From NCBI RefSeq assembly GCF_009914755.1, contig NC_060946.1: a stretch of DNA of 64,000 bases, one strand, 5' to 3'. Within the stretch, counting starts at the first letter, position 1, and each line of letters opens with the position of its first letter. The notes under the pieces were generated by a model. The model did not search any database. It was not told the DNA's origin and saw only the letters and a list, made by a program, of their open reading frames with translations. The position numbers and the translations under genes were made by a program. This DNA is from the human T2T-CHM13v2.0 reference genome, Homo sapiens. Positions 20,681 through 38,559 of this stretch are shown piece after piece.

Positions 20681-21564
20681 CTAAGCCCAGATACAAGCCG
20701 TTGCAGACATAGATGATGGGTGTGGCTGCCAGGGCTCCCACGGTTCTTGTGGGGCTGGGCATAGACCTCCCATTTCCCCCGGATCCCTTTCCCCTGGACC
20801 CTGGGGCCTGGCAGGGGCCGTGTCTCATCTTCTCTCCCCGGAGCTGAGTATACAGTGGGCCCCCAACAAATGCTGGTTGAGCTGATCTTCCATTGGTCCA
20901 ATTATCTGGCACATCCCCCAAGACTTGCACTTGGTCTGATTCCAGACATGATAATGCTACTTGGCTTTTTTTTTTTTTTTTTTTAATCCTGATGTTATCT
21001 TTCTCTTTCAACCCTAAAGGCATTGATTTGACTCCTTGTTTCTTCAGTAGCCTTATAAATCACCCATCACTTTAGGAGCAAAGTTGTTCTTTCCTCTGTT
21101 ATTCCACAGGAGGAGGGCTCAGGCTCCGGGTCAGCCATGGAACCCTGGCCTCCGCGGTGGTAGACACTTTGTCTGGAAAACACTCTACTTTCAGGCATAG
21201 CCATTGAAGATTTTGTGCCTGAAAACTCCCACTTGGCAAGGGAAGCAAATAAAAGTGTGGCTTGCAGTGCAGCCCTTTAAAACAGAAGCTTGCTAAACAA
21301 ATGGAAAGCGTGACCAGAATTCGTAAGGAACTGTGAAATGAAGAGGATGCTGTATTTGGAAGCTGTGAAATTGCTCTAGGATTCCAAACCTCGGAGTAGC
21401 TTCCAGGCTCCTGGGAAGAATCAGATGCGTGGCGTAAATAAAAGACAGCCCCCTGGCCAGGCAGCCAGGGCGGGGACATCAAAGAGTTCACACACTGTGC
21501 GCGCGTGTGTGTGCGCTCATGCCAGTGTGCATGTGAGTACGTGTGTGCACGCAAGTGTGTAATT

Positions 21565-22160
<596 letters not shown>

Positions 22161-22399
22161 AGTCATTAGATTTGAAGCCTACGCTAAATCCAGGATAATC
22201 TTATCTTGATCCTTAGCTAATTAGATCTGCAGTGACCCTGTTTCCAGTGTCACATTCTGAGGGTCCAGGGGGACTTGCATTTTTTTTTTTTTTGGGTAGG
22301 GCTGGGGTACTCTTCCCCCACTACACAGGGTTAGAGGTGGACTGAGCGGCCCCACAGCCCCTTCCCTGAGGTCCACACCTAATCTGCACCCTCAAGATC

Positions 22400-22690
<291 letters not shown>

Positions 22691-22921
22691 TGTGAATGCT
22701 TTCGTCCTGGAAGGTGCAGGTGTGGGTCTTCCCACTCCTGTGTGAGGAAAGGAAGAGGGAGCAGAAAGTGCTGGGAGGAGGGGCTGCACCCTGCTCCAGG
22801 CTTCCCATCCCCAGCCCCCACCTGGGGGGCCCCCAAGGTCTCCTGGGAGATGAGCACCCTCACAGAAGCCAGGGCCTGGGCCCCTTTGTACAGCCCCCCG
22901 CCCCTGTGCTGGGCCTGGAAC

Positions 22922-23045
22922 CTTGGCCAAGGAACCTTTTACTGCATTGAGCAGAGCCCTTTGAAGGGATGAGCCCAGGGGCCTTCAAAGCCACCAAGGC
23001 TGCGTGTGGCCTCTCCCTGTACATTACCCCTCCTGGGCCTGTACC
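22922..23045 (+). repeat. Direct repeat copy 1 (124 bp; partner at 26954-27077)
   Basis: Ungapped alignment at offset 4032, 12 mismatches in 124 bp. Confidence 0.92.
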
Positions 23046-23560
23046 ACTGGGGTTGGAGCCCCTGCCTCTGTGCTCACGGCCAGAGGAGCTGCTCCCATAT
23101 GCAACGGCATGTCCACAGACCGGCCAGAGGGCATTGCGGATGCGGGGGGCAACAGCTTTTCTGCAGAGGTGGGGTTTAGTGGGAAGGGGTGTAGAGTCAG
23201 CAAGGAGGCGGGAGAGCATTCCAGGTGGAAGCTCAGGCAGGAGGATGCCCTTGAAGAACTGAAGGAAGGCTGCTGGGCCAGGTCCTCGGGGGCAGAGGTA
23301 GGGGCCTCGTGGACCAGCAGTGGAGGGATCTCCGTGTTCCCCACTCCTGACGACAGCCTGGTGTGGGTTTGGCTCCCTCCCCACTGCTGCCTGTACCCCT
23401 TTGTGCCCTGTTTTCACCCTTGGCACATGTGCCTCAGGCTGTTCTTACCTGTGTCCTTGTGTGTTTAATTGTAATGAAGAAGCTGTGGGTTCTGGGAAGC
23501 GGGGCGGCCCATCTGTTCTCCGTGTCCCTGAGCCGTGGCCGTGGAGTGAGAAAGTGCTGA

Positions 23561-24178
<618 letters not shown>

Positions 24179-24269
24179 TGATCTGTCTTTTTATCTCACT
24201 AAGCGCCTGGCCCGGAGCCTGGATTCTGAGGACAGAGATAAGCAGACCCAGTCCCAGCTCTCAAGGGGT

Positions 24270-25128
24270 ACCCCTCCCCGCAGCTGTCCATATGTGGGGG
24301 GCACCCCTCCCCGCAGCTGTCCGTGTGTGGGGGGCGCCCCTCCCCGCAGCTGTCCGTGTGTGGGGGCACCTCTCCCCGCAGCTGTCCGTGTGTGGGGGCA
24401 CCTCTCCCCGCAGCTGTCCGTGTGTGGGGGCCGCCTCTCCCCGCAGCTGTCCGTGTGTGGGGGCCGCCCCTCCCCGCAGCTGTCCGTGTGTGGGGGCCGC
24501 CCCTCCCCGCAGCTGTCCGTGTGTGGGGGGCGCCCCTCCCCGCAGCTGTCCGTGTGTGGGGGGCGCCCCTCCCCGCAGCTGTCCGTGTGTGGGGGGCGCC
24601 CCTCCCCGCAGCTGTCCGTGTGTGGGGGGCGCCTCTCCCCGCAGCTGTCCGTGTGTGGGGGGCGCCTCTCCCCGCAGCTGTCCGTGTGTGGGGGGCGCCT
24701 CTCCCCGCAGCTGTCCGTGTGTGGGGGGCGCCTCTCCCCGCAGCTGTCCGTGTGTGGGGGGCGCCTCTCCCCGCAGCTGTCCGTGTGTGGGGGCGCCTCT
24801 CCCCGCAGCTGTCCGTGTGTGGGGGCGCCTCTCCCCGCAGCTGTCTATGTGTGAGGGGCGCCTCTCCCCGCAGCTGTCTATGTGTGAGGGGCGCCTCTCC
24901 CCGCAGCTGTCTATGTGTGAGGGGCGCCTCTCCCCGCAGCTGTCTATGTGTGGGGGCGCCTCTCCCCGCAGCTGTCCATGTGTGGGGGGCGCCCCTCCCC
25001 GCAGCTGTCCATGTGTGGGGGGCGCCCCTCCCCACAGCTGTCCATGTGTGGGGGCACCTCTCCCCGCAGCTGTCCGTGTGTGGGGGCACCTCTCCCCGCA
25101 GCTGTCTATGTGTGAGGGGCACAGATGT
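24270..25128. repeat. GC-rich minisatellite, 32-33-bp unit (cctctccccgcagctgtccgtgtgtggggggcg), ~26 copies
   Basis: CAGCTG recurs every 32-33 bp from 24281 to about 25100; 11-aa periodicity in the ORF track. Confidence 0.96.
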
Positions 25129-25661
25129 GTCAAGAGACTGTTGTAGCACATGGTGACCCGGGCCATAATGGATGGCAGGGCTGAGCATCTGCATTCCTGA
25201 GAGGGCTCCTGTACCCCCGACATGAGGTCATGCCCAGGAGCCATTGTCCCCCAGGCCACCCTGGCCTCCACCATGGCCCAGAATCATGGGGTGGGGGGTT
25301 GGAGGAGGAGGTAGAGTGGCTACACCCTGCCTTTGAAGTCAGATGCGTCTCGATTTAAGTCCTTGGTGCCGCCTGCCAGCTGGCTCTGCACTGATGACTT
25401 AACCCTGCTGGGCCTCGGTTTTCTATCTGTAAAGTGGGGGGATTATTTCCAGCGTACGGCTGGTCATGAAGATGAACTTGGACCACGTGCATAAAGCCAC
25501 AGGTGATGGATGCTCACTCAGCAGGTGTCGCCTCCGAGGAACGCTGCTGCCTGTGCCTCCCAGCTCGGGCTGGACTGGCCAAGGAGGCTGCTTTTTGCTA
25601 AGTGCCTGAGGATTTTCTAGGAGAAGGTGGCACAGAGGCTCACCTGTGTCTGCTCCTCCAG

Positions 25662-25749
25662 GGGATGACCGCTTTGGAAGACGTGTTGTCACGTTCAGCT
25701 GCTGCCGGATGCCGCCCTCCCACGAGCTGGACCACCAGCGGCTGCTGGA
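25662..25749 (+). CDS. ARHGAP8: ARHGAP8 exon 3 (88 nt), BCH domain: [30 protein letters not shown]
   Basis: Acceptor tgctcctccag|, donor GA|gtaagt; G-x-D-x-x-G-R-x-V CRAL-TRIO/BCH signature. Confidence 0.95.
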
Positions 25750-26154
25750 GTAAGTGTTCTGCCCCCTCTCTTTCTGTCCCTGTCTCTCCATGTTGCTTGT
25801 CCCCATCCCTTCACCCCACCTCACTCTGAGTCATCTGCTGTGGTCTGGGGCCTCCTTTGTGACCTTGCTGGTGTGCAGAGCTCTTGCACTCATGAGCCTA
25901 CCCGAGGGCCAACTGTGGACACCCCTGGTCCCTGGGCTTCTGTGCACCATTCATTAGCACAGTGGGAGCCAGGTTTTGTTTCCTTTTAGCCACCCGAGCT
26001 GTGGGTGCCTCCCTTTGGAGTTGGGGACAGTCCCCTGGTCCTAGGTGTAGGCGAACCTTGCAGATGACACGGCTGCCGAGCGCCAGGCCTCCCCCACGCA
26101 CTGTCCCTTTGAAACCTCCCTGGGCCTCTCTCTGGGAACACCTTCAGAGCTGTG

Positions 26155-26555
26155 TGAGTTTCCTGTAGTGGCCATAACAAATGACCACATGCTTGGCAGC
26201 TTAAAATGCTCTGAGTGGATCCTCCATGGTTCTGGAGGGCACCAGTCCCCAAGGTCAAGGCAGCGGCAGGGCTACACTCCCCCTGGAGGCTGCGGGGGAG
26301 CTTCTGGCCTCTTCCAGCTCCAGGGGGCCCCAGATGACTTGTGGCCACCTCATTCCTATCTCTGCCTCGGTCTTCACATGGCCTTTTTGCCTCTGTGTCT
26401 TCCCATCTCATAAGGACACCAGCCACGGGACTAGAGCCACTCTAACTCCATGGCACCTCATCTGAACTCATTGCACCAGCAAAGACCCTATTTCCGAATA
26501 AGGTCACACTCTGAGGTTTTGGGTGGAATTTTGAGGGGTGGCATTCAAACCCAGG
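26155..26555. mobile_element. MLT1 solo LTR
   Basis: gagtttcctgtagtggccataacaaatgaccaca...caaagaccctatttccgaataaggtcacactctgagg. Confidence 0.78.
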
Positions 26556-26570
26556 ACAGAAGACAAGGGC

Positions 26571-26591
26571 CTGCTGCTGCTGCTGCTGCTG
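26571..26591. repeat. (CTG)7 microsatellite
   Basis: Read directly. Confidence 0.9.
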
Positions 26592-26953
26592 CCGCCACCA
26601 CTGGCTCAGCAGGCATCTATTGAGCGCCTACTGTATGTGAGACTTTGGATAGATAGTCACTGTATCAGGGCCCACCTGTGAACTGAGGAAATCACCCCTG
26701 TGGTTTGGGGTGGGAGAACTAAGGCCAGGAAATGACTCTGAGACAGAAGGTGGCAGGACATGGAAGGGGCCGAGTGAGGGGGTGCCTGGGCCCCATGTCC
26801 CTTGTACACTCCCAGTGCCACCCAGGTGCGCATGGGCTCCACAGCTGGTACAGGGTGGGGGGCCGTAGAAAATCAAGGTTGTTGTTAGTTTGCCATACCA
26901 ACAAGCATCAGGAGCATTCAGAAGGGGAGGTCTCAGGCAGTTTCCCAAACTAA

Positions 26954-27077
26954 CTTGGGCAAGGAACCTTTTACTGCATTGAACAGAACCCTTTGAAGGG
27001 ACGGGCCCAGGGGCCCTCATAGCCACCAAAGCTGTGTGTGGCCTCTCCCTGTACATTACCCCTCCTGGGTCTACACC
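26954..27077 (+). repeat. Direct repeat copy 2 (partner at 22922-23045)
   Basis: About 90% identical, ungapped. Confidence 0.92.
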
Positions 27078-27206
27078 TTCTGTTCCCCCAGCCTTTGCAT
27101 GCAGCACCCCCAAACACATCGTCCCTTGCATATGTCCCCTTGTGTGCTTACCTGCGTTCTGTGCCAGTCCCCTACTGTGGCTGTCCTCTCTCCACCCCCC
27201 ACCACT

Positions 27207-27430
27207 ATGCAGACACCACCTCCCATGCACACACCCCCTCCCATGCACACACCCCCTCCCGTGCACACACCCCCTCCCGTGCACACACCCCCTCCCATGC
27301 ACACACCCCCTCCCAGGAACACACCCCCCCATGCATGCACCTCCTCTCATGCACCCACCCTCTCCCATGCACACACCCCCTCCCATGCACACACCCCCTC
27401 CCAGGAACACACCCCCTCCTGTGCACACAT
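27207..27430. repeat. Minisatellite, 18-bp unit (atgcacacaccccctccc), ~12 copies
   Basis: 6-aa periodicity (HTPPPM/V) in ORF track; read directly. Confidence 0.9.
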
Positions 27431-28879
27431 ACCTGCTCTCATACACACACACCTCTCGTGCACACGCTTCTCCATCACTAAGTTGACTAAGTCACATGCT
27501 CAGCACAGACTGGGTGTTCAGAGTGAAAGACTAACCTAAAGTAGATTGACTCATGGGTCCTTAGATGGCTGTCACATGACCCCCAGGCCACCAGACCCAC
27601 CTGCAGGACTGAGCCTTCTCCAGCCCAAAGCAGCTTTGGGTCCACAGTCTTGAGCGTGGGCCCGGGCCTCACGCCCTCTTAGGTCTGCCTGCTTCCTTCC
27701 CTCCCTCCATCACCCTCCTCAAAGCCACATGGGCCTTGCACCCTGCACCCTCTGCATTGGCCGTTTCCCATTGCTCAGAAGGAACCACCTGTTCCTCACC
27801 TGTGTATGGCCTTGGGCGCCCTGTCATCCTCTTTCATCTGTCCCTTGCTGCTGGTGTCTGCTGTGCTGGCCACACTGCTTTCATAAGGCGGCCACCGAGC
27901 CTCCTTCCTGGTGAAACTCCCCGGCCCAGGAGAGCTGCTGCTGGGGGAGAGTTGGCAAAATAGCGAGAGCAGCACCTCTGCTAGAATCCCTGTCTGTGTG
28001 AGTGAGAGGCCCCCAGGCCCAGGGGAGAAGCTCAGTCTTAGTGAAGGGAAGTTAGGTTCTGAGGGCCTTGGAATTTGCTCCCCGACAATGAACTGATTGA
28101 GCTTCATTTCTGAGGCCAAGCCCTGGCCGATCTCTGGGTGTCCCTGGAAACATTTATGTGCCCTTGTGAGGACAGGGAGCACGGCACCTGGCCTGCTGCA
28201 GACTCCCTCACTGCTGGGGACAGCTCAGGACGTGACCCTGGCGGGGAGGCTGTGCCTGCCACCACTTCCAGATGCCAGCATCTAACTGCTAAAGCCAAGG
28301 GACTCAGGGAGTGGGCTCGACCTGGAACCCCCAACTCAAGATGAACAAAGGCATGATCGGACATAGAAGCACCCAGAAGACTTTGGGCTGGTTGCTTCAT
28401 GAGAGTCCCCCCAATATATGCATTCTATCTGGTCTGTTAAAGAATCTTCTGACCACAGCTGAAACTGCAGTGGCAAAGGCAGAGACCTGGCGGGGAGCAG
28501 GTGCCGGGAGCGACTTCCACCAGTGCACCAGTGCTGCTGCTGCACGGCGAGACCTGCAGGATTCATGGGGCGAGCTTGGATCCTGGTGCTGATTACCCCA
28601 GACAATGAGGCTGGCTTTCCCCAGGAGGTGCTCACCCCAGTGAGGAGCCGATGCCAGCCTGCAGCCCACTCTTGGTGTTTACCAGGCACACAGGGAGAGA
28701 TGGATGCTAGATCCAGGAAGAGCTTGTCTCCTGGGGTCCTCTTGAGAGGACGCATTCCCTTGTCAGGTCATTTAGGCACGGAAAGACCTGTGACCTGTGG
28801 GTCAGCTCTCCCCGAGGGGGCTGCTGCTGGGCCAGGAATGAGCTCACGATTTGCTGTTCTTATAAAGACAAAAGTGCCT

Positions 28880-29098
28880 GCAAAGACAGAAAGCGAATTG
28901 GTGGTTGCCGGGTACCGGGAGTGTGATGGGGAGAATGACTGTTGAACAGGTCTCAGTTTTCTTTTGGGGTGATAACAGTGTTTCAGAGCTGTAGAGAGGG
29001 GGTAATTGCACAGCTTTGTGAATGTACTAGATGCCTGAATTGTTCACTTGAAAGTGGTTAATTTATGTTATGTGAATTTCAACTAAATTGGACAAAAA
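28880..29098 (+). mobile_element. L1M 3'-end fragment
   Basis: gacagaaagcgaattggtggttgcc...tgtgaatgtacta.atgcc.gaattgt.cacttgaaagtggttaattttatgttatgtgaattt. Confidence 0.75.
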
Positions 29099-30290
29099 GC
29101 ACCCCTGACAACAAATTGGTACCTTGTGCTCTTTTATGTGCTTATCCAAGATTCCTTTACTATTAGGTGGAAGTAGTAAGCATGGCTTCCATGAACAGTT
29201 GTATAGGTTGTTCACAGCACAAGGCTAACCAGATGAGAAGCTACCATCACCTGGTGCTTTTTTCACTCAGCGTGGGACAAGCATCTGCCCAGAGGAAAAG
29301 GCATCTTTTTCTAACTCATGCAAAGCTGCTCTGTGGGCTTCTCGGCCTTGATAAGAAGAGCCATCAGGCTTACTTCTCCGCAGCCTTTATGAAAAAAATT
29401 AACACCCCGTACATTATCCTCCCTATCCATTCCAACCGGATGGCTTTCTTGTGGCCAGATGCATGCTCCTATTTTTGAAGCGGGTGAAGAAACAAGTCTA
29501 TGTCTTTGAAACCCAACTAGTAATTTAGTTAATGACTTCCTGTGCTGAGCACGCGGGCAGATGCATTGACACTCAGAGGATTTCAGTGTGCTGAACAGAA
29601 GGCACTGGGGAGAGCCCAGCGCTGGGGCCAAAGGAAGGGTGCCTGCTTTTACAAGGAGGCGCCCAGAGTGGGAAGAGGAGCTGTGCAAAGACATTGGCCT
29701 CAGTTTCCCTCTCTTGAAAAAGTCATTTGCGAAATACAAAAGTGGCTATCCTGAGAAGTGAGGAGGAGTGAAGAGTTCTCAGTGGTTCGTGGACTCTTCC
29801 ACCCCTCTGTGTTCAGGTGGAAGTCTCGACCTGGGTTTTTCTGAGAAAGTGACTCAATAAAGGATGACCTTGGTGAAGTATGCCCCGGTGGCTTAGCCCA
29901 CATGGTGTTCGAGACAGCACTCTGGAAAATGAGTTTTGAAGTTACTTCCACAACGGGTGAGCTGAAATCATGCATGATGTGAGGTCAGATGTGCGTGATT
30001 TCTCTACATCAAAGCAGACAACGGGATGGGAGCAGGCGTGGATGGCAGCCCACAGTTCTCAGAGACGCTGAGTGTGTGGAAGCTGGAGCCAGGCCACTTG
30101 GTTCAAAGCCCAGCTCTGCCCCTTACTGATTCACCTCTGTGAGTCTCAGTTGACTTGTCTATAAAATGGAGATAATAGTACCTGGCTCCTAGGGTCATTG
30201 GGAGAATTAAACGTGTAGAAGGCCTGCAGTTCAGGTGGTATGGGCTTTTGTCAGAGGGCACTCTGACATCACTTAGAAATCAAACGCACA

Positions 30291-30842
<552 letters not shown>

Positions 30843-31234
30843 TCAGTGTCAGGCCCTGCAGAGTGCTGGTGGAGGGTTAGGGGGTCCTTCTGGAGCCCTT
30901 CCTTCTGCAGATGGCAGGGCAAGCCCTTTCCCACAGGTGACATGAAGACAGTGCTTGCTAGGTGCAGCAGGGCAGGATGGAACGTGGTCCATGGGAAATG
31001 GGTAGAGCCTACACCATAGGGGGTGGCGGGCGACAGACGCAGAGCAGTGTCAGGACTCTGGCTTTGTAATGAAAAGCAAAATGTTAGGAGCTCACCTGGA
31101 GGGAAGGAATTGCTTGCCTTAGAAATGCAGCAGGCAGCCGGGTGTCTGAGGTAGAAGGGCCTGTGGTGTTGGGGGTCAACGGCAAGGGCTGAGCAGTCAA
31201 GCATTCCTGGGTTCAAATCCCAGCTCATCCTCCT

Positions 31235-31700
31235 TGTGAGTTTCCCGGGGCTGCCGTAACCATGATCGCAAATGTGGTGGCGTAAAACCAGAAATGTATT
31301 CTCTCACAGTTCTGGATGCCAGAAGTTCAAAATTGAGGTGTGGCCAGGGCCGTGCTCCCTGGGAAGGGAGAAGCCCTTCCTTGCCTGTCCAGCCCATAAA
31401 GGCTGTCAGCAGTCCTGGGCCTTCCAGGGCTGGTGGCCACATCATGCTGTCGTCGACACTCTGCTTTGCCTCCGTCTTTACGTGACCTTCCGCCCTCTGA
31501 CTTCTCATCTTCGTGTCTGCCTTAGAAGGATGCATGTGATTGCACTGAAGGTCCACCTGGGTAGTCCAGGATGAGCCCCTCCTCTCAAGGTCCTAAATTT
31601 AATTGCACCTACAAAGACCTTTTTCCCAGATAAGGTCACATTCTCAGGCTCCACGGATTTGATATGGATGTCTTTCCACGGGCAACAATCTGGCCTACCA
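31235..31700. mobile_element. MLT1 solo LTR
   Basis: gagtttcccggggctgccgtaac...ctcacagttctgga..ccagaagttcaaaattgaggtgt...ataaggtcacattc. Confidence 0.78.
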
Positions 31701-31922
31701 CATCCACTTACTAGCTGTGTGACTTTAGGTAAGTCACTTAACGTCTCTGAGCCTCAGATGTCATCTGGGAAATGAGGACCGGGGCCCACGGTGCATGGAG
31801 TCTCCATGTGGCCCGGTGCTGGCACCTACTGGGTGACCATAGCTTCCATTATAGGGAAAGCACGTTTGGTTTCAATAATGAGTAGGTGATTTTCATAACT
31901 GAATCTTCTGTGTTGTGCCCAG

Positions 31923-32054
31923 GTATTTGAAGTACACACTGGACCAATACGTTGAGAACGATTATACCATCGTCTATTTCCACTACGGGCTGAACAGCCG
32001 GAACAAGCCTTCCCTGGGCTGGCTCCAGAGCGCATACAAGGAGTTCGATAGGAA
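31923..32054 (+). CDS. ARHGAP8: ARHGAP8 exon 4 (132 nt), BCH domain: [44 protein letters not shown]
   Basis: Acceptor tgtgcccag|, donor AA|gtacgt; visible in ORF 31915..32163. Confidence 0.96.
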
Positions 32055-32182
32055 GTACGTGCCCGCAAGCCTTCAGGGACGTGGGTGTGGGCTGCTTGTG
32101 GCAGGAGGAGGCATTGTGGCCACAAGGGGTCGCAGAGTGTGCAGTGGGGGAGGGGTCTGGTAGGGCGGAGGGTGGAGGGTGA

Positions 32183-33010
<828 letters not shown>

Positions 33011-33853
33011 GTGAATTACTGGCAAAGAAACAACTGCATGACCGTTTCTTCACTAAAGCCTCTTCTTGCTTTCACAGCCCTTTACAGTCTGCAAGGGGCA
33101 TTCTGATGCCTCTTGTTGGTGAGATGGCAGCCTCATTTTACAGATGAGGACATAGGCCCCAGGGAGCAAGTGACTTACCCGTGGTCACTCAGCTTGTGTG
33201 TGGTAGGGCAGGATCCCACCCCAGGCCCCCGCCTCCCTCTCCCACCCAACGCTACTCACCGCTTGGCCATGGCCTGGAGCCGGCAGACTTTTCCTGAGGG
33301 ACGTCCGGCCTAATAATCAACTTGGCAATATATCTGGCTCGTAGACTGCGGCGATGGGCGTTGATGTGGATATCCTAGATTCCTCTGGGTTTTCCTTCTT
33401 CAAAGTCCTTTCAAACCTGTAACAGAAATCTGCTTCACAGATATCTGAGTCAGTGGGACAGTGGAAGGCAGTGCCTGAATGTCCCAGAAGTCCTCCCTCC
33501 AGTTGCCTTTTGGGTCCTGCTGTCATTATCAATAGGACCTTCGGAGGGACTTCTTGGTTCCCCATCCTATGTCTTAGGGAAAGAATTGTTGCTGTATTTT
33601 GCAGTCATTTACTGGGCACCTGTATAAGCTGGAGATGGCCTAGCCCCAGCGCATGTCCTCCTCCAGGAAGGCTTCCTGGGTTGTCCTGGGAGAATCAATA
33701 GCCCCTTCCCTGCAGCCTCACTGTGCCTAAGCAGACACCAATCCTAGCTAGCACTTAGGGGTTTGTGAACAGGTCTGCCTCCTGCACTAGGCTGTGATCC
33801 CGGACCTGTCTCTGCATCCCTTGCAGGTGGGAAAGGATCTGCATATGGCAGCC

Positions 33854-36270
<2,417 letters not shown>

Positions 36271-36839
36271 TCAGAGCCTTTTTAAAATTAGTTAATTAAC
36301 ATTTCTTGGAGAGATGCTTTGAGATTATATAAATATCCTGCTCCTTGTCAAAATACTTTTCACTTTCATTGCTGCTGCTTGGCTTAGTTGTTCATATGAT
36401 GGCAGCCAATGGTGGTCTGATGAGCACTCGGCATCTGACGAAGGGAAGAGCTTTTTCTTCTCCTCACTTATTTATCTCAGTGTGGACATGTGTAAAATGT
36501 CCTATTTTATTCATTGAGTTACAATCCATTACTATCATTTTAATGATCAAATTGTCCCAAATTTGCCCATGTGGGTGCCGTTTTAAGGACTCCCAGGTCC
36601 TTCTGACACTCCCCCTCACTCTTTGAGTGCTTCCTTTACTTTCTGGCACAGGATATGCCAGGCTTATCTTGTATTTTTCTTGCTCCAGCTCAGGAATCTG
36701 CCATTCTCCAAGGAGCACAGTCGCCCTGGCTCCCTGTAGTGGAGAATGCTATTTAGAGACCAAGATCTGGACAAGCGGAGTGCTTGTTGCTTTTGGGGTG
36801 TTATGGCTCCCAGGCCCTTTCAGTGGACAGAGTTAGGGT

Positions 36840-37420
36840 ATGTGTGTGTGAATGTACATATACATACACTTACACACACACACACACCCCTACATACACA
36901 CATACACACCTGGATACAGTACATACACCTGCATACACATACATACAGACACCTACATATACATACACTTACACACACCTACATACACACATACCCACCT
37001 ACAGTACATACACCCACATACAGACACCTACATGTACATACACTTACACCTACATACACATACATATACACACCTACGTATACTATACACTTATATACAC
37101 ATACACCTACATACAACTACACACACACCACTTACAGCTACATACACCTACACACACTTACGCTTACTTATATCTACACACACCTACACACACACCCACA
37201 CACCTAAATACACCTACACACCCCTAGGTATACCTACACATATGTAGGTACACCTACACACACTTTCATACACTTACACCTACACACACCTACATACACA
37301 CCTATATACACTTACACCTACATACACCTACACACACATACAATTACAGTTACATACACTTACATAGAGCTACACACACCTACACACTTAGACTTACATA
37401 CGTCTACACACATACACAAT
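36840..37420. repeat. Degenerate (CA/TACA)n low-complexity tract adjoining an old L1M 3' fragment (about 36300-36840)
   Basis: Read directly; His/Thr/Tyr-rich pseudo-ORFs. Confidence 0.88.
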
Positions 37421-38216
37421 TGGCTTCCAAAAATTCCTGAAATTTTGACAGCCCGTGTGAGTGGATAAGAGGTGGCTCTGGCGTCCTGCAGGCTGACCCC
37501 ACGCAGGCCATGTGGATGCCCCTTCTCGCCTCCTGGGCTGTGTCTCCCCAGCAGGACACACCGTCCCCCACTCACCCTCTAGAGCCCTGGCATGTCCTCT
37601 GCCCCCATCCCCACCCTGGTTGGCTGCCTACCTTTCTTCCCCAACCTGATGGCTTTGGGCTGAAATATTCAAGAAGGAAGCATGGAGACTGGGAAGGAGG
37701 GAGAGAGAGAAGTTCACTGGGTGTTCCAATGTGTGGGTGGCTGTATTGCATTGAACCGGCCTCTGGCCGGCTGATGTTTAGGTTATTGCCGGGTTTATCT
37801 GCCATCATAACCAACACGGTGAGCTCCTTCTAGCCCAGGTCAGCTCCTGGCAGGGCAGGTGTTGGCCAAGAGGCTCTGTGCGGTTTTAATTCTGAGAGCT
37901 GTTGCCAAATTGCCCCCAGGATGTGCTCCAGCCACCCCCGACCCTGGTGTGAGTGAGCGCCTATAAACAGGGCTCCGACTTGCAGCTGTGCCTCGGCGAA
38001 CTAAAGCGCTGCAGGCATGCCTGGCGGGGGCAGCAGGTGAGGGGTCCTGATTTTCCCCGAGTTTATTTCATTCTTTGTTTGATGTCCTTAAATTGATCCT
38101 GTTGAGAGGAGTAACATTCTGAGACTCACAGTGGAGGCAGCTGTTTCAGGGTTATTGGGCGTGGGGTGTTTCTCGGAGCGCGGCAGCCTGAAGTCATCCC
38201 CCGTTTCCCTCCTCAG

Positions 38217-38303
38217 GTACAAGAAGAACTTGAAGGCCCTCTACGTGGTGCACCCCACCAGCTTCATCAAGGTCCTGTGGAACATCTTGAAGCCCCTCAT
38301 CAG
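38217..38303 (+). CDS. ARHGAP8: ARHGAP8 exon (87 nt), BCH domain: [29 protein letters not shown]
   Basis: Acceptor ttccctcctcag|, donor AG|gtatgc; [15 protein letters not shown] motif. Confidence 0.96.
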
Positions 38304-38559
38304 GTATGCGTCACTCTGGGAGAGGACCTCGCTGGGGTTGGAGGTTTCACCCCTCAGGGTCCATGGGACGGCCTTCCCTATCCACGCATCATGGAGGGCC
38401 CGTCTCCAGGGTGCCTGTGTATCTGGGGCTCCCTACCCGCCCTGGGGTCTGCGGGGGGTCACAAGGCCAGCCCAGGTCATGGACAGGAGTGCAGTGCCGG
38501 CCTTTGGCACCTGTGGGGTTTGCACCTGGTGTTTAAAAGCCCCCCTTCGCCTGAGCCCC

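Noticed and set aside
24270-25128. CRISPR-like array of palindromic ~33-bp repeats
   Set aside because: Units are head-to-tail with no unique spacers, no cas genes, and the context is a primate intron
26571-26591. (CTG)7 as a potential expansion locus
   Set aside because: Short, intronic and ordinary; nothing in the sequence indicates instability
36746-37247. His/Thr/Tyr-rich ORFs in three frames
   Set aside because: Translation of the (CA/TA)n low-complexity tract
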